A stretch of 40,871 nucleotides of DNA from Octopus bimaculoides (lineage: Eukaryota), in the NCBI RefSeq assembly GCF_001194135.2, contig NC_068984.1, forward strand, positions 123,764,808 to 123,805,678, read 5' to 3'. Below the pieces are notes generated by a model. The model was not told the origin of the DNA and did no database searches. It worked only from the letters and a program-made list of their open reading frames with translations. This document shows positions 33,803 to 40,871 of the stretch, piece by piece; position 1 is the stretch's first letter; every line of letters starts with the position of its first letter. A program made the translations under genes and the position numbers.

Positions 33803-33963
33803 AATCTTTGTTTTCTCTGAGACGTTCTCAGCGACTGGACATAGCTTCTTTTGAACTTGACACCATAAATCCTGCGCCTACACAGAAACCTTCTTAGAAG
33901 TGAACTTTAGAATTGCCGTGTAGTTCCAGATCAATCGTGGTCTAAAAGCTATGGACAAAGAAG

Positions 33964-34023
<60 letters not shown>

Positions 34024-35221
34024 GTATATATGTGTGTGTATTTGTATGTATAAATGTATTTAACATTTGTGGACATGCATATATATGACGCAGGTAAATA
34101 AAGGTATATCAAATATCATACAACATAAAAATTAAAATTCTTTCCGCTTCGTGAGGATGTGTTACAATTAGAAAATCGTAAATGAACACAACACTATATG
34201 ATAAGGGGAAATAATCTCCAGCATCAAGTATTCTCCAGATTTGACATGCCATCAAGGAAAAGGACGAGCTGATTGCTTGGAGATAGGAAGACAGTCACGC
34301 ACATGTGTTTCTGCCTCGATGGTCGTCATCGGCACGACAATTTTCCTAACCTGTCTCTAGCAGTTAGAAGGTTATTCACAGTCGGTGAATAAGACTGTAC
34401 CTTACAAGGCTAACTTAGTGAGAAAACTCGTGACAAACCCAGAGAAATTAAATTACATGACCAAAAATCGGATGGTTTAGTGTAGTGTCAACGACTATCT
34501 AGCTTCCGTTTGACGTATATATCGAATAGAAATTTACTTAGACATACGATAAAATGTGCAAGGAATAGTCTCAGCTATCTTGCGAATCTCTTCAGCACCA
34601 GCTAAGGACTATCACGTTTCTCCAGTCTCAGACCTGAGCTTTTTATTGACCAGATAGCTTTCCAAAGCTTATTTTTGGGTAACGCAAACAGGATTTGGAG
34701 TCTTTGAGGTGTTTCGAAAGCTTTATTCAACCTACAATTTGTACGAATTTTTTGAAGTCCTACAACAATGGGAAGGTGGTGATGCATGCAGATAAAACCA
34801 AACGAGTAGAAGCACGTAATCACCAACCTGCACATAGGCAGCCTACATTACACATAAACTCAATGATGGTCTTCTTCAAACACGAGTGGACAGCTCTGAT
34901 GTACATGTGTATGTCTATCTATGTGCACCTAGGCGAGCTGAGGTAAAGTGAGATGTATTTCCGGCAGCAGTATGTGCGGATAAATGCAATATAAATGTCT
35001 CTTTTTTAAATACAATAACGTTATCTGCCCAGAAAACAACGGAATAAATACATTCAGTGGATTTGATCTCACAGCATATGAGCTGGTAGTATAATAATTT
35101 ACTCACTCGATTGTTGTGTTATTCCCAGCGATAGGCGCGGCAAATAATTATCTATAAATAGTTATACTGTTTTTATCATAACTGTGTCTCAAATGAAATA
35201 GCCGATAAGTGTAATTCATAG

Positions 35222-35380
35222 ATTATTTTAAAGTATCTTAATCAAAGGAAGAATAGCAGCATACATGACATTATTGAGGACATTCAAGACTGGCTAGAAG
35301 AAAGGCGAAATTTATTCTCAGACCAAAGTCTTTATCAGAATTATTGCAACAGAGTGGACGCCATAAAGGCGGCCAAGGGC
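35222..35380 (+). mobile_element. Possible Tc1-like transposase C-terminal remnant
   Basis: ILKYLNQRKNSSIHDIIEDIQDWLEE..YCNRVDAIKAAKG resembles the Tc1 ending (..W..i....l..sm..R..avi.akG). Short and weak. Confidence 0.35.
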
Positions 35381-36318
35381 AGGTGGCGATGGTATGAATG
35401 GGTAACGATATATGATTTTATATATAGTATATTCTCTTCACGCACACTCTACATACCACCTAGAAAAACCATGAGCACCACAAAATTCAAATGTCCTTCC
35501 AGTAATCCATTCATACTATACAGGGAAAAGTATTAGCATATCAAAACCCGTAACTCTCTCCCTTGGTGTCCGTAAGACTGATCACACGGTGACAGATAGC
35601 TTTCATCGCGTAACATCAAACACTCGAGTATGGCATAAATATATATTTATCGTTAAGTGGATATGTGAAGGATAGGTGATAAAACGAAGGAATAAACAGT
35701 CAGAGAATCATAACACACCGAGATCAAAGACGATTGGTAGTAAAGGATGTAGAAATAGAATATACCCCACTACGTTATGCTTTAGATATTGAAAATACAT
35801 CAAACAATACCCGTTAAGCATCGATTTACTGCTCGATCGACATAATGTAATACTATGAAAATATAACCTCAGCACTGTTGATAGCATTTAAGTGAATATA
35901 TCACCAGACAAAATATTTTCCATCTAAAATTGAAAGAACTTTAGGTTACGACTGTAGCAAGCTAGCAGCAGATTCAATGATATTTCATGCTGTAACAGTT
36001 TCATGATGTAATGTTTTACATGACATTGCATAAATATAAATGGTACAATGGTATTATAGTTGATATTATAATGCAACAGTTTATATTACATTGATGTAGT
36101 TTATTATATTATTATAATATTATACTGTTGTTATTGTAATGGTATATTACAATGTAGTAGTTCATATTAGCGGTTCAGCATCGATTTTTCCGAAACTTTT
36201 AGTTCCGAAACTTTTAGTTCCGAAACTTTTCCAAATTACTGATTTTCTGAATCAGGATAGTCACCTCTAAATTAAGCAAATATCAAATTTATTTAGACAG
36301 TTAAATGTAATACAGGCT

Positions 36319-36505
36319 CAGGCGTGGCTGTGTAGTAAGAAGCTTGCTTCCTACCGACATGATTCCGGGTTCAGTCCCACTGCGCGGCACCTTGGGCAAC
36401 TATCTTCTTTCGGGGCAAGTGCCTTCTACCGAAGCAAATACCTCAGGCCGACCAAAGCCTTGCGAGTGGATTTGGTAGACGGAAACTGTAAGAAGCCCGT
36501 TACAT
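36319..36505 (+). mobile_element. SINE family A, 5' half, with a small internal duplication
   Basis: cttgggcaactatcttct followed by cggggcaagtgccttct; otherwise matches family A. Confidence 0.85.
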
Positions 36506-36900
36506 ATATNNNNNNNNNNNNNNNNNNNNNNNNNNNNNNNNNNNNNNNNNNNNNNNNNNNNNNNNNNNNNNNNNNNNNNNNNNNNNNNNNNNNNNNNNNN
36601 NNNNNNNNNNNNNNNNNNNNNNNNNNNNNNNNNNNNNNNNNNNNNNNNNNNNNNNNNNNNNNNNNNNNNNNNNNNNNNNNNNNNNNNNNNNNNNNNNNNN
36701 NNNNNNNNNNNNNNNNNNNNNNNNNNNNNNNNNNNNNNNNNNNNNNNNNNNNNNNNNNNNNNNNNNNNNNNNNNNNNNNNNNNNNNNNNNNNNNNNNNNN
36801 NNNNNNNNNNNNNNNNNNNNNNNNNNNNNNNNNNNNNNNNNNNNNNNNNNNNNNNNNNNNNNNNNNNNNNNNNNNNNNNNNTGTGTGTGTGTGTGTGTGT

Positions 36901-37180
36901 CTGAAATTTCTGGTGGAGGGGGGCACTCGATTAGATCGAACCCAGTACGCAACTGGTACTTAATTTATCTACCTCGTAAGGATGAAAGGCAAAGTCGACC
37001 TCGGCGGAATTTGAACTCAGAACGTAACGGCAGACGAAATACCGCTAAGCATTTCGCCCGGCGTGCTAACGTTTCTTATTTCTTTATTGCCCACAAGGGG
37101 CTAAACATAGAGGGGACAAACAAAGACAGACAAAGGGATTAAGTCGATTGCATCGACCCCAGTGCGAACAGCTCGCCGCC
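36901..37180 (-). mobile_element. SINE family C host (36901-37076, 37169-37180) with a nested 5'-truncated C tail variant (37077-37168)
   Basis: Head sequence ctaacgtttct...cagctcgccgcc is split by tatttctttattgcccacaagggg...ccccagtgcg. Confidence 0.85.
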
Positions 37181-37601
37181 TTATAGGTTGTGATAAAAAA
37201 CATTGCGAGACTTTTGCTCGACGCTCTTGTAACTCTACAGTATACCGAACACTTTCGATTTATGCTTGTAAAACTACATTGATCTTATAAAATGATTTTG
37301 ATAATTATAGAACAATGGTTGTTATCATAATTCTGTAATTGAATGATAACGCTTTAGTTCGTGGAGAATTAATGTAGTTTATATTGTGCTGTTAGTAAAT
37401 ACAATTGTATGGAACACCATGCTGCATCGTAACCAAAGAGGTCGGTATGTAGCACATATTTATGGTTATAACATACTTAAATCATATTTTAAACGGTGAT
37501 CGAAAAATCCACAGTGTTTCTAGACACGTGAGTCGCTGAAAATACTTATGTATTACCTCAATATTATCCTTAATTAATATGATTTGAAAGCCTGGCTATA
37601 T

Positions 37602-37912
37602 AGGCGTAGGTGTGGCTGTGTAGTTAAGAAACACTTGCTTGTCAACTCTGTGGCTTTAGGTTCAGTCTAACTGTGCGGCAGCACCTTGGGTGATTCCATT
37701 CACGCGCTGTGAGTGGATTTGGCAGACAGTTACTGAAAGAAGCCCATTATATGTATACGTGTGCGCGCGCGAGCATTTGTGTGTTTGTACTCACCACCGC
37801 ATGACAATCAGTGTTGGTTTGTTCACGTCCCTGAAACCTAGTGATTCGTCAAAGGAGACGTATATATAAGTACCCCAACATGGTCGCAGTCCAATGACTA
37901 AAACAAGTAAAG
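37602..37912 (+). mobile_element. SINE family A, old diverged copy
   Basis: tggctgtgtagttaag...gtgagtggatttggcagac...catggtcgcagtccaatgactaaaacaagtaaa. Confidence 0.75.
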
Positions 37913-38659
37913 GGGAAAAATATATGTTTACAATGCAAAGATTGGTAACGATTGATAAAACACTCACTACAGGTTAACTCAAATAGGGTTAATAATCCAA
38001 TATACATATAGAGTCAAAATTTCCTGGAGAAACATCGCTGTTTTGTAGTCACTATCGTCTGATCTTTTTCAACTACTGTGTTATCATGTGCTTTAGCGTT
38101 CGAAATAATTCAATTATCAGCGCCTACACAATAACATCTCTTTAACTATAACTATTTTGTGTCACACTACCAATTATACGTTAGCCAGAAGATCAGGGAA
38201 AACCTGTTTGTTCGGCTGTCAGTCACGTGATTTACTGAACACGCTTGGATTTATTGAGCCAACAAGGGATTCTCAACGTATACGCTTGACCTAACAGAAA
38301 TAGTGACAAAATATCATTTATCACCTTATGACATGGAAGGACGCGTTGGATAATGTGCTTCTATGTTAGGTATTAGTTCATCCTGTTCATGTTAATGCAC
38401 GAGCCGGCAATTCTGCAGTGTTCTTACTGTATTTCCCGGAATACAAGTCGACGTAAGGTTTAGTGTAAACGTATAAACATTCAAACATTTCACTGTCTTT
38501 CTAAATTCTACTGCATTATGCATGGAATTTTTGGTTCTTCATAATCGTCTTGTTATAATAGCCAATCTACCTTTTTGGGGGTGTAAAATTTAGTATGAAA
38601 AATTCGTATGCCGGAAAATACAGTATATACTTTCTTGCGTTTGTTGACAGGCTTTCGGT

Positions 38660-38865
38660 CTTTTTAATGGTTCGACACCATGTAGACAATATAGTCTTCC
38701 CTGTCTTCTCCTTCAACTTGTTAGTATTAACCTAGTATTTCTTGTTTCTTCCTGATGATGAGGCTTTCGCAGGAGGTAACTAGTCAGTTGCATTCTTCTT
38801 TCTGTTATCGTGTCTTGGGTATCTCGCCACGGTGTTCTTTTTAAGACTTCTTCGTTAATTCGTAC
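38660..38865 (-). mobile_element. RTE-like LINE C-terminal remnant, second lineage
   Basis: INEEVLKRT..DTITERRMQL..LLR..LILT, then RRQGR and TWCRTI, resembling NEEV..RRL.W.GH..R..G.R..GRP..TW. Confidence 0.5.
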
Positions 38866-39227
38866 GAGACTACTACAACAACTGTAGCTAGTACTCACCT
38901 CCAAGTGGGCTTTCGACCTGGTAGAAATAGTAGTAAAATCTCCTTCATATCACACCATACCGCCATGAAAAGCGGAAGACTAATTATATAATGCCGCATG
39001 AAATACACTGTTTGAATAAATAAATAAAAAAGGATGGTTACGGCTGGATAGCCAATCAAGTCGGGGGCCAACTTAGTATTTAAAATACTAACACACAGAA
39101 AAAAGGACAGAAAAATACTAACACACAGAAAAATATGTAATATATTAAAACAAAGAAAAATTAAAACAAAACACGCGGGTGAAAAAAATCTCGTGGTGTG
39201 AAGAATTAAGTGTGAAAAATCAACATG

Positions 39228-39347
39228 GAGTGTCTGTGTGGTAAGTAGCTTGCTTACCAACCACATGGTTCGGGTTCATTCCTACTGCGTGGCACCTTGG
39301 GCAAGTGTCTTCTACTATAGCCTCGGGCCAACCCAAGCCTTGTGAGT
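39228..39347 (+). mobile_element. SINE family A head, interrupted
   Basis: tgtgtggtaagtagcttgcttaccaaccacatggtt...ccttgtgagt. Confidence 0.85.
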
Positions 39348-39500
39348 CAAACAACTAACAAGCAAATCTGTGGTATTGAGCAGAATATTTGCTGCAGCCC
39401 ATCTTTTATACTAAGACAAAACAATGTACATGATAACACTTCCAATCAATTAAGATCAGAAGCCATGAGAGCCACTACCTGATACTGCATCCGGACATTT
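39348..39500 (+). mobile_element. Probable retroelement 3' end followed by (ATT)n
   Basis: Non-A sequence abruptly replaces the A body and runs into an (ATT)n tail; family not assigned. Confidence 0.4.
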
Positions 39501-39507
39501 ATTATTA

Positions 39508-39562
<55 letters not shown>

Positions 39563-39673
39563 TGACAAATCCCCTCCTCACAAATTTGAGGCCATGAGCC
39601 TATAGCAGAAAGGATTATCATCATCATCATCATCCTCATCATCATCCTCATCATCATCATTATTATTATTATT

Positions 39674-39754
39674 CAGTAGTTTTATTTTTATAACGTGCTT
39701 TCACTTCACTACCGAGCGCAGCTCTGTGCGCCTTGGGTATGTGCTGTGGTTTGC
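39674..39754 (-). mobile_element. 81-bp probable non-LTR 3' end embedded in a (TAA)n array
   Basis: Complex sequence with (TTA)n on both sides; the minus strand ends ..ataaaaataaaactactg(aat)n. Confidence 0.5.
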
Positions 39755-39807
<53 letters not shown>

Positions 39808-39809
<2 letters not shown>

Positions 39810-40010
39810 AGCGTTGGGCTGGTAGAATCGTTAGCGCACTGGACAAAATGCTTAGCGGTATTTCGCCCGTCGCTATGTTCTGAGTTCAAATTCCGCCAAG
39901 GTCGACTTTACCCTTCATCATTTCAGGGTCGATAAAATAAGTACCAATTAAACACTGGAGTCGATGTAATCGACTAGTCCTTCCTCCCTTGTCGCAAAAT
40001 TTGAAACTAT
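39808..40010 (+). mobile_element. SINE family C
   Basis: gggctggtagaatcgttagc...gagttcaaattccgccaaggtcgacttt...caaaatttgaaac(tat)n. Confidence 0.85.
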
Positions 40011-40871
40011 TATTGTTATTATTATCATCATCATCATTCTCATGATCGTTTTGTTGATCAACACTATTAACTAACCAAATCTCTCATTATAAAGAGGATC
40101 AGAAAAAACAAAAAAAACAAAATCCTTTCACATACCAACACATACCAATACACACACACGCACACACACATACACACACAGGCCAACACACATACAGATA
40201 CACAAGTAAACATATGCACACAGGCACATGTATGCAATAGATATATGCATACGTAAGCAAATAAATCTTCCAATGACGTGTTGGTAGTGGAGAGGTTGAA
40301 CTTCAGAGACCATATTACGTGGCATGTTATGATTCGCTGATATCACTCGATCGTTATGACTATGAAGTGAACGAATAAAATAGAATAAAGCAAAAATAAA
40401 ATAAAGCAAAATAAAAATAAAATAATATAAGTATTAAAAAAATGAAAAACACAACAACAACAGCTAATAAAATAAGAAAACACAAAAGCAACAACACCAC
40501 CAAACATATATTATCGTACTGCATTTGAAATAGATAGTCCTGTATGGTTTATTATATTGCCAGAAGATATTAGATATGAGTACGAAATTATAGCTGTATG
40601 GATATATCTACGTGATATTGATAAATAGCTTGCCGTACAAAACACATTTAATCGAGTGGAAAGAATGCGTCACAAAATTGCATCTTTAAACAAATGGAAT
40701 CTGTGACAGCATACGAACATATGAAATGGAATGTGTATGTGAGTGCTGCGTGATATGATGCGGTGATAGGCGCGTGTATGTGTGCGGATATTTGTCTATG
40801 TGTATGTGTGTGTGTATGGATGTTAGGGTATGTATTCGCCTCGGTGTGCATGAGAGTGCCTGTGTATGTAA

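Noticed and set aside
36188-36230. Three copies of ttccgaaacttttag
   Set aside because: An ordinary short slippage duplication.
1596-40010. Minus-strand excess of SINE C (about 12 versus 4) as a sign of an intronic location
   Set aside because: Most minus copies sit in two local stacks and are not independent, and family A is skewed the other way.

Overview
This is eukaryotic, AT-rich, microsatellite-dense draft-assembly DNA with 14 N-gaps. The repeat families resemble those I recall from octopus genomes, but that species call is recognition, not a search result. I could not support any host protein-coding exon, tRNA or rRNA gene, or CRISPR array. The long ORFs in the track are artefacts of N-runs and simple repeats. 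The window is a transposon graveyard with about 35 copies or fragments of tRNA-headed SINEs, grouped here under working names A-D, which exchange heads, cores and tails. It also holds two TA-flanked Tc1/mariner-pogo-type MITEs and decayed coding remnants of Penelope-like GIY-YIG (two lineages), R4/Dong, RTE (two), hAT and possibly Tc1 elements. The most notable observations are: (1) a near-intact minimal hammerhead ribozyme and a decayed one pointing away from each other on either side of a 103-bp near-perfect palindrome (23258-23816); (2) a head-to-head junction of two different retroelement endonuclease remnants (8339-8963); (3) a cryptic ~29-bp periodic array (9277-10668); (4) an identical SINE-in-SINE junction seen twice; (5) a CCAAT+CRE+ETS motif island (26087-26144). 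All identities were counted by eye and SINE boundaries are approximate.
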